Assembly: GCA_949358305.1 (NCBI GenBank)
Contig: OX442314.1
Location: 33,294,001-33,358,000 of the forward strand
From: Strigamia acuminata
Lineage: Eukaryota
Direction of reading: 5' to 3'
Length of the DNA: 64,000 nt
This document shows, piece by piece, positions 1 to 13,165 of the stretch; positions within the stretch are counted from its first letter, which is position 1, and each line of letters begins with the position of its first letter. The notes below the pieces were generated by a model. The model saw only the letters and a list, made by a program, of their open reading frames with translations. It searched no databases and was not told the DNA's origin. The translations under genes and the position numbers were made by a program.

Positions 1-1506
1 GGTGGCGGGAACTCCGGAGCTCCGGTGGCTCCTGCGACGGCGATGGTTCACGGCGAGCGTCTCCTCTTCTCGGCGGTGGTGCGCGTAGCAGCAGCGGCTG
101 GTACACGCGAACGCAAACCGGTGCTGGCTTTGCTTAATATATTACACAGTCCAAGAAATCACTTTCCGAAATGGTTTTTTTTTAGAGTTCTCCGAACTTT
201 TGCTCCTTTCTTTGCGTCTTGGTGATGGTGACCAAATATTTGACCATTGATTGCGATTCCGGTGTTGAATTCTCTTCACCTGACCTGATGTTGCAAATCA
301 TCGTTTGGAAAGTCAAACATTTCCTCTTTTAATGGTTTATGCGTTAGAAGCACACAGTTGATTTCGCTAATTTGAACAGGTTTAGTCTGTCTTCTTAGGA
401 ACGAGTGCTTCATGTGCCACTGGAAGAACGAGAACTTACTCAGACTTCTTAACTAAAAAAATTAAAAAAAATTAAAAAATAATGAAAAATAAATTTGAAA
501 AATTGCAAAAGAAAGAAAATAATTGAAAATTAATCGAAAAAAAAATTAATAAATTGCAAAGGAAAGAAAATAATTGAAAATAATTGTTATGCTGGGGCAT
601 CACGTTGAAATAAAGGAGAGGTTTAAAGTGGAAAACAAAACACACGTCTTTACTCGTGGGTAAAAATACAAGCAAGTGAGGAGTAAATACAAAATGTCAT
701 GGTAACGGTTTTACAACAATGCAACTATATCACTCTTAGTAACTAGTAATAACAAGTCCTTGACAACTACAACAATGAACTTTGCTTTACATTAACATAA
801 CTTAACATTAATTTTTAGAAAATAAAAGAAATGAATAATGGAAACAAAGGAAATAATAAAAATGCGCACAATGACTTGTTGTCCGCGATAATGGTAGGGC
901 AAAAGAAGGGCTGGCTTTGCAAACTTAGTAAAGATAGCCAAATGTCTCAATTCACAAATCACAAAAACTAGGTGCACAATTAACACAGTCCAAGCAATGA
1001 ATGCGTGCGTTTAGTTGTGTTGTGAAATTAACAGTGGGCCAAACAAAACTCTATATTTGAGTTGGGCATACTACATAGCTGCGTGGCAAATATGCGCAAT
1101 GTGCATATTTTGGTGCAACAAAGGAATTGTTGCACAAAAATGGTTAATTTGCAGCTCACTCCTGCCAAATTGGGGTGAGACATGCATAGGGAGTTTTCAC
1201 CCTTAAGACACAGAGTAATTAAAAAGACGATGGTGATAATATATTTATTCATAAAACAATCGAGATCACCACCGAGAGGCCCTCTAAGAATTGCTCTGAC
1301 TAAAAGCGCGGGAGGAATTTGAGTGGGTGTTAAATTAAAAATTAAACTGAAATTTTAAGTGTTAAATTTGCTCATCATGACTTATTTGTGTAAGAACCAT
1401 TCCATCTTTTTTTTTAAATCGAATGTTTGTAAAAATATTATCAAAAAGAATAGATTAAACAGAGAACAGACTAGATTATCCAGATTTCGATTGGAAAATC
1501 ACTGAT

Positions 1507-2532
1507 TTATTGCAGCCACTGATGGCCGAGTGACATCTTCGCTGAGGAACGGTCGTTCGGATTAATCGCCAACATTGGCAGCAAGAAATCCGCAAATTGC
1601 CGCGCCTCCTCAGCATTCCATCTAAATTTCCCGGTCAACAGCTGTGTTAGACCGTAACTTTGGATTTTAGGGTATTTTTTTAGTTTTCCTTCATCGGTGA
1701 AAAAATCTTTTCTATTCTTCGCTCTAAAAACCATCTTGAGCGGGATATCTCCGAGCAACTTGGCAATCTGGACCAAATGCTCCTCGTCCTCCTCGAGACT
1801 TTCGTTGACATGAGACCCAAATAGATACGACCCAGTCGCCAAATCGAACGCCGTGCAAGCGGCGCTCCAAATGTCAGCACTGGACCCATACCCGACTCCC
1901 AGCAACACTTCGGGACTCCGATAACAACACGTTTGGATGAGATCGTCAAAGTGGTGGTTTACGTAACACGCACTTCCAAGATCGGCGATCTTAACAGTTA
2001 CTTCACTCACCGGTGGCCATCTCGCTAACTTCTGCGTGTCGTTTTCGCCCACGCAAATATTCTCCGGTTTTATGTCCGTGTGGATCATCTTACATTTCGT
2101 GTGCAGGAAGTCCAAGCCTTCGAGCACCTGTCTCATCATGTTCTTTACGATGGCTATTGGGAAGCCCCTGGTTCCCGACGTAGCGATCAATGTCGACAGA
2201 CTAGCTCCCAAAACCTCGAAAACCATGCAAATGTGGTCGCCATTAATGCCGAAAATAGTAAAATTATCCAGCAATTGAACGATTTTTGTTTTACCTTCAT
2301 CGTCACAATTTTGAACGCATTCGAGAAATCGGATTTCCTCATTGATGAGTTCGGTCATTCCGAACCCGCACCTGGCTATCTTCAACGCTTTCGAGCGAGT
2401 GTCCCGTTTGTCCGAGCACAGCCAGACGGTGGAATATGATCCCACACCGAGTTTTCGAATGACGGTGTACCTGGCATGAAATAAGTCGCCGATTTTCACC
2501 AGAAGGTAACCACCAATTCCGAAGTCTTCCAT
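1507..2532 (-). CDS. SRPK-family Ser/Thr kinase, intronless, spacer-less (341 aa)
   Basis: Motifs RKLGVGSYSTVWLC, ALKI, GINGDHICMVFEVLG, HTDIKPEN, KIADLG, YRSPEV, ADIWSAAC and FADFLLPML are typical of SRPK/Sky1. Single uninterrupted ORF. Confidence 0.92.
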   Translation of the reverse strand: MEDFGIGGYLLVKIGDLFHARYTVIRKLGVGSYSTVWLCSDKRDTRSKALKIARCGFGMTELINEEIRFLECVQNCDDEGKTKIVQLLDNFTIFGINGDHICMVFEVLGASLSTLIATSGTRGFPIAIVKNMMRQVLEGLDFLHTKCKMIHTDIKPENICVGENDTQKLARWPPVSEVTVKIADLGSACYVNHHFDDLIQTCCYRSPEVLLGVGYGSSADIWSAACTAFDLATGSYLFGSHVNESLEEDEEHLVQIAKLLGDIPLKMVFRAKNRKDFFTDEGKLKKYPKIQSYGLTQLLTGKFRWNAEEARQFADFLLPMLAINPNDRSSAKMSLGHQWLQ

Positions 2533-2620
2533 TGCTATTGCTGCTTACTGTGTTATTTAGTTATCGAGTGTGGTGTTTGTTGACTGATAGTCAGAATATG
2601 AGTTAAATTTATCAACTCAT

Positions 2621-2632
2621 TGGTTTATATAC
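2621..2632 (-). promoter_or_regulatory. TATA box GTATATAAACCA upstream of SRPK-like gene 1
   Basis: Lies about 90-100 nt upstream of the ATG. The same 12-mer precedes SRPK-like gene 2 (31751-31762). Confidence 0.55.
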
Positions 2633-2952
2633 TTTAATTTCGGGTACGCAAGTCAAACGTAGCGGGTGGGCAGTCGACACGTTGGCTTGACGTTCAAACT
2701 CACGTTTTTTTAGTTGCATTCAAATCTTATGACTGTAGCATTTACTAACTTCATAAGAACTACAAAAAAATAAATTTTTATTTGAAAAGTTTCGTATTTC
2801 TCGCAAAACTATTTTTCTCCAAAAATCGCGTCGACCACAAGTAAAAAGCGCCTCAACATCGAAAATAATAAATTTATTCAAATCCATTAATAAAATCCGT
2901 CCATAAAAAATACTCCACTACAAACCTAAACAAATAAACCAAAAAAAGCACT

Positions 2953-3675
2953 TCAGCTCGGCAGATTAGCAGACATCTGTTGTATAGTCTTGAAAAGTGC
3001 ATCCAATCTTTTCCTAATCTTCTTCTGATCATCCGCAGTGCACTCGATTAAGCTCGCCTGGAACTTCTGGTCGGCCGGCCCCTTGCAGTCCGACGAACAC
3101 GTGTTCAGAAACATCCGGCACTTCCGCTCGCTCAATTCCCAGTCGGTGCGCACCGACGACACCAAATCGTCGATCAACTGGTTAATCCGTTGCAGCGCTT
3201 CGTTCTGCAGCGAATTGCGCGGCGTCGAAACCTGAATTTCCACCGCCAGACATCTGGTCAATAAGCGCTCGGCGGTGATCTCGATCTCCTCTCTCTCACC
3301 TAGCGGCGAAATTGAAAAACACTAATTTAAAAAATTTAGAAAATTCACTCATTTAACACTCGTAAATTATTTTATTAATTGGAATTTTAATAAATTAGAA
3401 ATGTTTGGATGGATACCGGCACTTATGGAGTCTAAATCGCGATTTTCCTGGATTGTTTTGATCATCGAGAGAAGACAATCGCGCTCTTGTTCCATGGCCG
3501 CTGCGTGTTCGCGGAGGAGTTCGACGCGGTGTTCGACGTGGTCGAGCATTTCTACGAGTCGTTTACTCACCACCGCCATCGAGTCGGACCTCTGGAACAG
3601 ATCGCCGTGGCGCCCGGGCGCCGTACTCGGGCTGGGCATTCGCTGTGAATTCGCACCGTCCCCGTTAGCTGCCAT
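2953..3675 (-). CDS. BAG2: BAG family molecular chaperone regulator 2; exons 3675(or 3696)..3417 and 3299..2953
   Basis: The GT..AG intron 3416..3300 joins LDSISAG to EREEIEITAERLLTRCL in frame. LDHVEHRVELLREHAAAMEQERD and DQKFQASLIECTADDQKKIRKRL match BAG2. Confidence 0.93.
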
Positions 3676-3889
3676 TTTATATTTAACTCGCTCCATTTAC
3701 GTAGGGCCGTTCAGCGCGCTCTTCCGTCGTGTTAGCACATTAAAACTGAAAAAAAAATTATTTTTATGTTTATTATACGTATATTTTTCATATTACACAC
3801 TTTGTATGTCTTAGTTTTGTACTCTGTGTTGAAGCGCCGATACAGAATAGCCAAGAACGTGTTTTTCCTTAAGTATTCTAGTTTTGTAA

Positions 3890-5115
3890 TCTGCCACCAC
3901 GCGGTGCTGGGAACAAGTGGGCCATCAAAACACACACAAGTATGTGTATAATAATGTATGTGTGTAATAAACCGCAGCTCACACCACACGGATAATTAGT
4001 AGCCATTATATTTATCTTGAAGCATTTTAAATGCAAAAATGCACATTCTCTGACACTAACAAGTGAGTTGCAGCGCTTTCTGGCGTGAATAATTGTTATT
4101 AACAATAGTGTTGCTTTTCCGTCAGCATAGCAACGGTCGCGTGTTTGCGCTGTTCGATTCTATTCTATTTCACTCGTCGTTTTCGTTCGTTGTTTCTTCT
4201 CGGATTTTATTTAAGCAGAATTGTATTGAGGCACAACTTGTGGAACTGGATTAGGATTGTATTTTCAGTCGATGGTTTGATTATAATGAATATTTCTTGT
4301 TTCCATTCCATTTTAGGCTTAATCTTAATTTCGAATGAAATATTTGTTAATGTGTAGGCTGTGAATTTACAATGGGCGATTTTATTCCGCAAAGTTGATG
4401 TTAAAATCTAGCTGCTGCTTTTTTTTCTATTTTTTTCGTTCGTTTAAAGTACGTTCTTTCGTGGCTACGTTCGAACGTGATTTGTAATGGCGCACACCTT
4501 GTAAGAGGAGATGGTTTTGTTGGTGTGAAATGAATGATTCCATGAATGCTTTTCAACTTGCTATTTTGCGACTTGCTCGACCAATTTCAATCCTATTTTT
4601 CGTTTTTCTCTCGTTTTCTCTCATTTAAAAAAAAAAAAGTAATTTGGGGGCATCAAATCCAACTCTCTACCTCCTCGTGGTTGCCCCCGGACCCTGGCCG
4701 TCGTTCCAGTGATACTGAATGAGAGCTCTGGTATTGGAATTTGGATTCTTATTTTTGTTCCAATTCTTGAAACTACTGGTTTGAAGTTTCCATGTTCTTT
4801 TCCAATCTCAATCTCTCCGATAACTTGATAACTCTTGTTTCACTTCTTATGCATTTTGTACCGAAATTTGACCAATGATTTGGCTTCTGTGCGACTGCTT
4901 TCCATTAAATCAGTCGAAATTAGTGCATACAATTTGGTATTGTAAGCCTGCATGAGTGTAGCATTTGCCAAAATTGAAATTTAATCGATATTTGAGTACT
5001 GCAAGACTGCATTCCATATACTCTAATATATCGATGCATATTTAGGCTATTTCAATTTTCAAGTGCGTCTTGCAATGCACGTAAAACAGACACAGACCAT
5101 CCATTTCTTGATTAT
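3890..5115. repeat. Dispersed repeat family B (decayed coding-like; other copies ~33180-34240 and ~35810-36260, partial ~49090-49850)
   Basis: Near-identical blocks, e.g. ggaccctggccgtcgttccagt...gagagctctggtattggaatttggattcttatttttgttc, near 4690, 33970 and 35825. Boundaries are approximate. Confidence 0.8.
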
Positions 5116-6184
5116 GCATCAGTTTTGGGTTTTAACATTGCCAAAGCCAAAGTTTTTAATATTTTATTCTGTTTCATAAAAAATAATAACAATATAATAA
5201 AAACAAAACGCGGTTTTGTTTGGAAGTAATATTACCGTAATATCTCTTCAATAGAGAATGCTTTCCTATATGGCCTGCTTTCGTATGGCTGCACAAAGGA
5301 GAAATGGCGACGTATTGATGCCAAATAGCCCGTTCATCCACCATATCAAAGTAGTATGTTTGATCAGTCGCAAGAGCATGCAATCTCCCACAAGAACCTG
5401 AGGAAGTTACGAGGCCTTGGGAAAAAAACAATCTTTGAGAGATTTCAACTCTTTCATTTGGTGATGAGCGATTTCAATTCTAGATTCGACGCGCAATTTG
5501 GTGGTGACCCTAGGATGGCTTTTGCAGGTGTACTAACATTCCATCAATTTTTTGTGTTTGATTCTCTTATATCTGTATACAAATTTCTATTTTTCTATTT
5601 CTTGAGTAGTCGTATGAAGAATACTTTAAGGCAAAAATTGGGCTGTACTTCTTAATCTTTTATGCTTTATACTGCCACATGGGATAACAATCCAACTGAA
5701 ATGATTTCTCTAGATGATGATCCGGAAAGGCGCAATTGCAAATATGCATGCCTATACTCCAACTTTGAAAAGTAGGTGGCTTCATCCATCTGAGCATGAC
5801 TGCTCATTGAAGGTTCTGCCAACTCAATCTACAAATAGAATAAAACAAAAAATAAAAAATAAAAAGACCAAGCTAGACAGGTAGTATTTGTTAATGCTAG
5901 GTTAAGTTACTTGGCACTCGCTTCTTAGATTTATCTAGGGGTATCTGTTCAATTCCTTTTTAGCCGGCTGCCAATATTAATTGGGTAATATTTTTTATTC
6001 TTGGCTTTTTTTCGGACAATACCCTTAGTCCTGCCTTGTTTTAGTAACTTCATTATTCTATCCTCAAATTTTGTTGCATCTTTACTGATCTTACTTGAGG
6101 ACATTAGAAATACTTACACGAATGTACATATAAGTTACTACGTATATACACTTACTTACTTACCGGTACTTACTTATATTTGGA

Positions 6185-6340
6185 TCAGTTTGCAAATTCT
6201 TCTGCATCGGTTGGACATCGGACGACGCAAGCACTCGTACGGCTCCTTGCCTGGTTCAGATTCCCCACTTTGTACCACATGTTTGACAAATCGTCGTAAG
6301 ATTCGATAGATGGAATTCTCGTCTCACCTAATCGTCCAGA
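6185..6340 (-). pseudogene. Kelch-repeat (KLHL10-like C-terminal) exon fragment
   Basis: IESYDDLSNMWYKVGNLNQARSRTSACVV fits the Kelch consensus and is homologous to 8373-8580. Confidence 0.7.
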
Positions 6341-7093
6341 TATCTTTGGCCTTTGGTACTTGTATATTCTTACGTGTGAATTGGGGATAGAAAACACACA
6401 CATAACTTAACAATATCTATTTATTAATGTGAGACCTTGAGAATCTAGGTGAAACAAATGGAGAAGACTTTAGTTTAACCTTAAATCAAACATCTTTTAT
6501 TTATGGGGATTATTACAATAATTCCACTTAACTTAATCATAATTCAATCATAAACTTAACTTATAAATCTAAATTATAAAAGGCATGAATGACAATTGTA
6601 GTGTTGTGAAATGTAACCAAGAGAGGGCGCGAGGCGCAAGGCCGAGTACAAGGTCATTGAGGACAATAAAGACACTAGTTAGCTAGCGATTAAAGAGTGA
6701 GGTTATCCTTTATTTACGATGCTACAACAATCAATGTTATTTGGTTTCAAATGGATTTAAGCTAAGGAGGACCAAGCGCTGAGTGCGCTGGTCTACCAGA
6801 GCCAGAATAGAAGCATGTTGACTAGTTGGTATCCCAATCATCTCTGCCCTATCTTGCTTAATTCATTTAGCAAGTAAACTAGAAGTTTTTCCCCGTTTAC
6901 TTAATTGGATTGCTATTAATGACCCCCCTGAATTAACGGGTTCCACCCCCCCCCCCGAAAATAGATGTTTGGCTCCCCAAACAAAAACTAATAAGTAAAA
7001 TCTACTTAGTCCCCCAAAAAACATTTTTGGGTCCCCTAAAAACTGAATTGCCCCCAAAACAGAAATATAAAAAACGAGCATAATACATTGCAG

Positions 7094-7523
7094 TTATTGC
7101 ACTACAAGTGCCTTTTTAGCCTTAGACGGCCTGCCACGTTTCCTTTTTTCCCCTAGAGGAACATTTTTTGCATCTAGCGGAACAGAGTATAGCTTCTCAC
7201 CAATTGCTATACCTAAAATGTGTTTACACATGTAGGTTTAAAAAAAATTGGACATGTGCAAGTCCCTTTGTCCCATTCGTTATTTTCTATGGTAACAAGC
7301 CATAAATCTGTTCTTCGACTATGTAGGTATCAAAGTGGCGCCAATTTTTAACGTCAACCTGTCGTATGTACTTGTTGATGTCATTTTTGCGCAGTGTCTT
7401 TTTCATAGCAGGAGCAACGAAATACCGCTTAGTGTCTTCTTCAATCCTGATTTTAATTACTGGCATCGAGCGCTTCCAGTTATAAGCCTCCGTGATCTGT
7501 TTTAGATTAAGGGGTGCAGGCAA
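7094..7523 (-). mobile_element. MULE/Mutator-type transposase C-terminal remnant (SWIM zinc finger plus AT-hook)
   Basis: Manual translation across frameshifts gives GTCTCPIFFK/TYMCKHILGIAI...NVPLGEKRKRGRPSKAKKALVVQ*. Confidence 0.72.
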
Positions 7524-8169
7524 ACAGTTTGGCGTTTACACAATCGGGTTTTTCGATCACTAGACCAATTGCGGGCCATTTCTTGTAAAATCGGTATAAA
7601 ACGGTGCATGGGCCGTCGATTGCGGAATGTGTGGTGCGACTTGATCACAGATTAGGGGAATACACAGATGCGACACGTCCTTTGTTCTCCGCGTGATCGG
7701 AAGGAAAACGGTGTTAAAATGCTAAATGTTTATGATTTTTATTTTTATAATTAGGATAATATGTAACAACAGGTTAATTTTGAATTTTTAAATATATTTA
7801 TCACTATTAAAAAAAATTTGAGGGGTTGTAAACAACGAATTTTGATTTAAAATGTGTAGGGAAATAAATTCCCGCTTGGCGCGCTTTTAATTTTTAAATC
7901 ACACGAAGAACAAAGAATTTTACCTGAGTGCCGCATCTGTGTATCTGTGTATTTAAATATCCATTGTACAATTTATTTATCATCATTAAAACAACGAGGC
8001 GAAAATACTTTGTTTTGGGGGTTTAGGAAATTGGGGGGATTTAAAAAGTGGGGGGCATTTCAGTTTATTTTGGGGGGCGTTTTATTATTGGTCAATCCAA
8101 ATCGTTGTTGTAGTTTCACCTACAATCGTGAAAACTTTTCACCTACAATCGTATTGTTTTGTATCGTAC

Positions 8170-8626
8170 TTTTCACTGAAAAGTACGATACAAAACAAGA
8201 CGATTGGGTTGGCATTAAGGACATGTTGAGTCCGCGAAGTAACTTTGCCACAGCTGTTTTGGATGGATTGATTTATGCAATTGGAAGTTTTAACGGTTTG
8301 ATTTGTCTTTGGTTTTCGCACTGCCATATTATACACTGTTCGTGACGATTAGGTTCGACAAAAATTCCATCTATCGCACTACACAAGCACTCATATCGCT
8401 GCGGGCCCGGTTCAGGTTCTCCACTTTGTACCAAACGTTTGACACATCGTCGTATGAATCATCCGACGATGTTTCAAACGTTTGGTACAAAGTGGAGAAC
8501 CTGAACTGGGCCCGCAGCCATATGATTGCGTGTGTCGTTCGATTTCCGATAGAAGGAAGAGAATTTGCAAACCTATCCAAGATACAGGGATACCACCGCG
8601 GGCTTGCTCATCAAAACCAGGGCTGA
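8170..8626 (+). pseudogene. Kelch-repeat gene remnant (two exon fragments) containing an inverted duplication
   Basis: EKYDTKQDDWVGIKDMLSPRSNFATAVLDGLIYAIGSFNG is followed by DDVSNVWYKVENLNWARSHMIACVV...*. Confidence 0.75.
8373..8543. repeat. Long inverted repeat, 85-bp arms, essentially no spacer
   Basis: Arms 8373-8457 and 8459-8543 are reverse complements with 8 mismatches by hand count. Confidence 0.93.
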
Positions 8627-8856
8627 TAGCAATATTTATGTTAAGTCTTGCTTGTTAACTAATGATGATAAATGATTTTTATTGTACTGTTTAACCATCT
8701 AAATGAATGCAATGATTACAAAGAGTTTGTTTTTACTACCGAGGTCAATTTTAATCATTTTTTAATGAGAAAGAAACACAAAATTTAATCTCATCCTGAT
8801 CGTGGTCAAATGAAATTTATTGCTGTGTCAAAACACCAAACGTACATCCTTTACCT

Positions 8857-9174
8857 CAGGGGTCGGCAAGTAATTTTAAGTGGGGTCCGGATACTATTGA
8901 AAATTTTTATTGAGGTCCAGAAAAAAACACTTAAAAACCTTACTAAAAACCTAAGAAAATACTTAAAAACCAAATAAATCCCCCAATAAACACACACAAC
9001 CCAAAAAATACCAATAAAACCTAAAAAACATGAAAAAAACACAAAAAACAAGAAGAAAAACACCGAAAAACCAAAGGAACCGAGGGAAAAACGTCGCTAA
9101 AACGTCACCGCGGTCCAAGTTTCGACCTTCCGCGGTCCGTACCCGGACCGCGGGCCGCCAGTTGCCGACCGCTG
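8857..9174. mobile_element. hAT-type MITE
   Basis: Termini CAGGGGTCGGCAA / TTGCCGACCGCTG. The 8-bp flanks are CTTTACCT and CTCTACCT (1 mismatch). Confidence 0.75.
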
Positions 9175-9628
9175 CTCTACCTCCTATATCTGCTCGAAAG
9201 ATTCGAGTTGTTGTTGGAATCGGGTGACGAGTCTCGATGCACCCACTGCTGCGGGTGCTTGTTTGGTTATCCGCACAGTTAGAATATATTTATTATCAAA
9301 AATCAATTTTCCTGGACAATTTTCTTTCTTCAAACTTAAAAATGACCAACTTTTACATGACACAATCCTCATTTGATCCCATCGTGACGTTTTAAATCTT
9401 CAGCATCGAAGATTCGTTCTACTCGTAAATTATGATCCGTGTTGAAAAGTGTAGACCCCGTAGAATGAATTGTTTCTTTGTTCTGCTCGCCACGTTTGCT
9501 TCGTCTCCGGTTTGGTTCGTTGATGGCGATATTTGAACTAGATTTTCCGTTCGAATTCGGTTGTTCTCTGTGGGAATTATCTGCTACTTCCCTGTGCATT
9601 TAAGTATTTTGTAAGTTTCCATTTATTT

Positions 9629-12032
9629 TGTGACCGGCTGCCCGATCAGTCCGTTCACTTACCTGCAACACACGGCGCTTCCACGGCTCTCGCGCACCTC
9701 GTGTGTTTCTCGCGCGCACCTGACGCGGTCCCCCGCGCCAGGTGAAGCTGATGGTCGTTGGCTCCGCCAATTGGGAACCGGAAGTGCCCTTCCGGAAGTG
9801 GTCGGCCCCGCAGAAGGCCCAGAGAGTTCTCTTGCAACCAGCGTGGCGAACGGTCGCTTCTACGATCGCTCTTCCACACTGGCAATCATGACGAATCCGA
9901 TTGGCGTGGCGACTCTGTCGCCCGCCGGGACTTGATAGTCCGTGTTCCCCGCGCCTGTCCTACGTTCTCCGTGAACGTAGCGACGACGCGGCCGAACAGT
10001 ATTCAGACCACGCGTGTCATTCGGCCAATGGCCGCCGTGCCACGCGGTCTTGTTAGGGATGGCTGTTTCTCAGCCATCGCATTGGGAAATGCACTGTAGA
10101 GACACCACATCATACCCCTAGACATAATAAAGCTTACCTTAAACTAAACTTGTGTCTCTTGTGTATTTCGGAAGTGTATTTTATCGTGTGTGTTGTGTCC
10201 AGCGTCCCGTGGCTCTCCCCCGACCACGTGGCGTCCGTCCAAACACTCACAATTGTGGGCCCGTCCAGGATTGTTGAATTCTCTCGCGAAATTTTTTTTC
10301 TATTCACTGATTGTGTTATACACAGTATTGTTTAGAAAAAGAGCTTTTCTTTTCAACAGAGGGGGAAATTTCTTGAACATGGTTGTGATAGGGAATCAGC
10401 AGGCGAAAACGGCCGCAAATCGCTGATTTTGGACCCTAACTCGACAAAATTTGTGGCTGTGCATGTCCAGCTTGCCTGGGTAATGGCAAGCAGGGACTTA
10501 CATTGGCCACACTGTCCAACGGTCTTCTATTCTTTTCTAGCTCAGCCTAAAAAACTGAGTGGTTGGGAGAGGAATAAAATTCCAAACCTTCTTATTATTT
10601 TCTATTTCTTGGTGCGTAGCCCAAGTAAAATAGTGGAACAGTCTGCAGCGGTTTGAACCCGATTCGAGGAGGAGGCGCGCTGGCGGCCACCAGCAAACCA
10701 AAATCCCACGGGGGAAAGACTGGCATAATCCAATTGCCAGGCTGCAATACCCAGTTCCATTATGGGCCGGGCGAGGAGTCGATGTGAACTGAGCTTTGGG
10801 TGACACCAATTTTTTTGTACGGACTTTTAGTCGGCGTCAAACCAGGTTGCTATTACAGGGAAGTTGGCCTATGGAAACATTCACTTGCAATGAATGGGGT
10901 TTATTAAAAATTTGATCTTAATAGCAGCGAGGTGCTAGCAAGCATTAGGATAACTGGCAGAAAAGTTGCTGTGGCGATTTATCAGCTGTAAATCGTCCGT
11001 GGGTGCTCGAAGTGCTCGATACCAGGTTCACATTCGATCATAATCCTACCCTGTCCCGTGTACTGGTCAGAAACAGCTGCAAGTTGATAATTACAACCCG
11101 AGAGCTGTGGAGATTGGGACCCGGATAGCGGGGCGAGCTGCCGGAGGTACGGGGATACCGATGGTGAAGTGCTCAAATGGTGCAGAGAGTTCGTTAGGGC
11201 GTAGGAACGATATCTGTGTGTTCAGGTGGCTACCAGCTTTGAAAAAAGACTGGGAATCCAGCCTGTAACTTTATTTTCCTGAATTATATTCACCTTTTTG
11301 ATTCCCAGAAGTTGTTTCAGTTTGTGCGAGGACTGTGCTTGAACCACAGTTTTAGGCAATCTTGACACTCTTGGGAGTTTATTATTTAAAACATCTTTCT
11401 GTTTTTTCTCTTTCTCTTCAATTTTTTATTTCCCTATCTATGATTTTCATGGTTCTTTGGGACACCACACCTGACAGTAGGATGCATGGTCACTTTAGGA
11501 TTATTAGGTTTTCCTGACGGTATGATACATGTAATCCGCATGACCGGGCGGTATACAGCACCAAATGGAGGGTGATATGGCTTCGAGATGGCAGCTGAAG
11601 GGTGGGACCCAAAGCAACTAGGAACAGGAGGTGCATTGCCTTCCTCACTTTTTAAGTGCATCTGATTGTTCCACAAAAAACACCACTTCATTGGGATGTG
11701 CAGACATCCCAGTGTGGGCACGTTTCTGTCGAGAAGGCAGCCTCGTGCAAACTGAGGTGAAGGTTTCCGTAAAAGGTACGAGCGGGCGCAGTTGCGCTGA
11801 TCTCTTGGGGCAGAAGGAGAGATTAACAACATCCCCGTGCACATCTGCATCTTCTGCTAAAGAAATAGTAATTTTTTGAGTGTGTTTTTTTTCTTATATA
11901 AAAAATCACCCAGTATTTTATTTATTCCTTTTTTTCTTTTTTCTTGTGCGAGAAACACACGAGGTGCGCGAGAGCCGTGGAAGCGCCGTGTGTTGCAGGT
12001 AAGTGAACGGACTGATCGGGCAGCCGGTCACA
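9629..12032 (+). mobile_element. Non-autonomous LTR-derived element with 85-bp terminal inverted repeats and ATTT TSD
   Basis: 9629-9713 is the reverse complement of 11948-12032. ATTT sits at 9625-9628 and 12033-12036, and the empty site ccatttATTTcattcc is seen near 61620. LTR-like 9629-10251 (TGTGA..TCACA, AATAAA 10126) is followed by PBS-like 10254-10271. Confidence 0.85.
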
Positions 12033-12441
12033 ATTTCATTCCAATCGAAATGTTTCGTGTTAAATTTCCATTTTCTCGGATCCGTGTTGAAGGTCTATTC
12101 TTTTAATATTTTGCCAAATTGTCGTATTTTTATTTATAATATCATCTGGAGATAAAATATAATTATTATCTCTTAGATCAAATCATTCAAATTTCAATGG
12201 TCCGCCAACTTGAGTCGTCCGAACCGCACGCCAGCTCGGTCAATTTTCTGTTCGATTTGTTTCGTTTTTTCATGTTTCTTTATTCCCGGAATTTTTTCTG
12301 TATTGTAAACCGACATTTCCGACATGAAGGTGGCTTTTACACCATTTCGTTCTGTAAGCCGACATTCTTATGTAGTTGTAGGATTTTTTTACGCGCTTGT
12401 ATTGTAGGCCCGGCATTTACACGATTTTGTATTGTAAGACT

Positions 12442-13165
12442 AGGCGCATTCGAAAACTAATTTGCACTAAACACCAGTGCAACTGGTAGTGTAAATGTCA
12501 AGTTAAACGACCTAATTTTCGAGTATCAAAATAAATTTCTGTGCAAAATTCAGTGTAAATTCAAGTGTAAATATTAAATTAGTCCAAATAATAACCATAG
12601 TCATTATTGTTGTTGTTTACTCTAAAAAAACAGGAGATTATAAAAACATGATTATAAAATGTAAATTTATTTTAATTATTTTTATCATTAATATTTATTT
12701 AAGAACGGGAATCGGCTGAACATCCGCCTCAATCGCACAAATGCGGCCGAACACCGGCCGCATTAGATCGCACAAACGCGGCCGAACGTCGGCCGAACGT
12801 CGGCCGCATTCGATTGTACAAATGCGGCCGAACGTCGGTCGAACGTCGGCCGCATTCGATCGTACAAATGCGGTCGAACATCGGCCGCATTCGATCGCAA
12901 GAATGCGGCTAATACCTGCTACAAAATTGTTCTTGCGATCGACATCGTTCCAACCGATCTAACGAAAATCCAAGATGGCTGCCAGCAAGACCCGATTTGT
13001 ACGAGAAAACTCGTTGCACGGAGATTTTAAACGGAAACGTGGCGTACAGGCCGTTTCCGTTTAACCAGTTTACACGACATTTACACGAATTAATTCGTGT
13101 AAATGTCGTGTGAAAACGAGTGTAAACACGTTTACACTCGTTTAAATGACTTTTCGAATGCGCCT
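12442..13165. mobile_element. PIF/Harbinger-type MITE with internal GC-rich minisatellite
   Basis: 15-bp TIR AGGCGCATTCGAAAA. The 3-bp TSD ACT is confirmed by the empty site aagACTgc in other family A copies. cggccgaacgt/cggccgcattcgat repeats occupy 12710-12910. Confidence 0.82.

Noticed and set aside
6907..8098. TIR pair enclosing the MULE remnant
   Set aside because: The C-rich and G-rich ends are only loosely complementary, and no TSD was found.
12710..12910. GC-rich palindromic repeats as a CRISPR array or a 73-aa ORF
   Set aside because: An irregular minisatellite inside a MITE; the ORF is a by-product.
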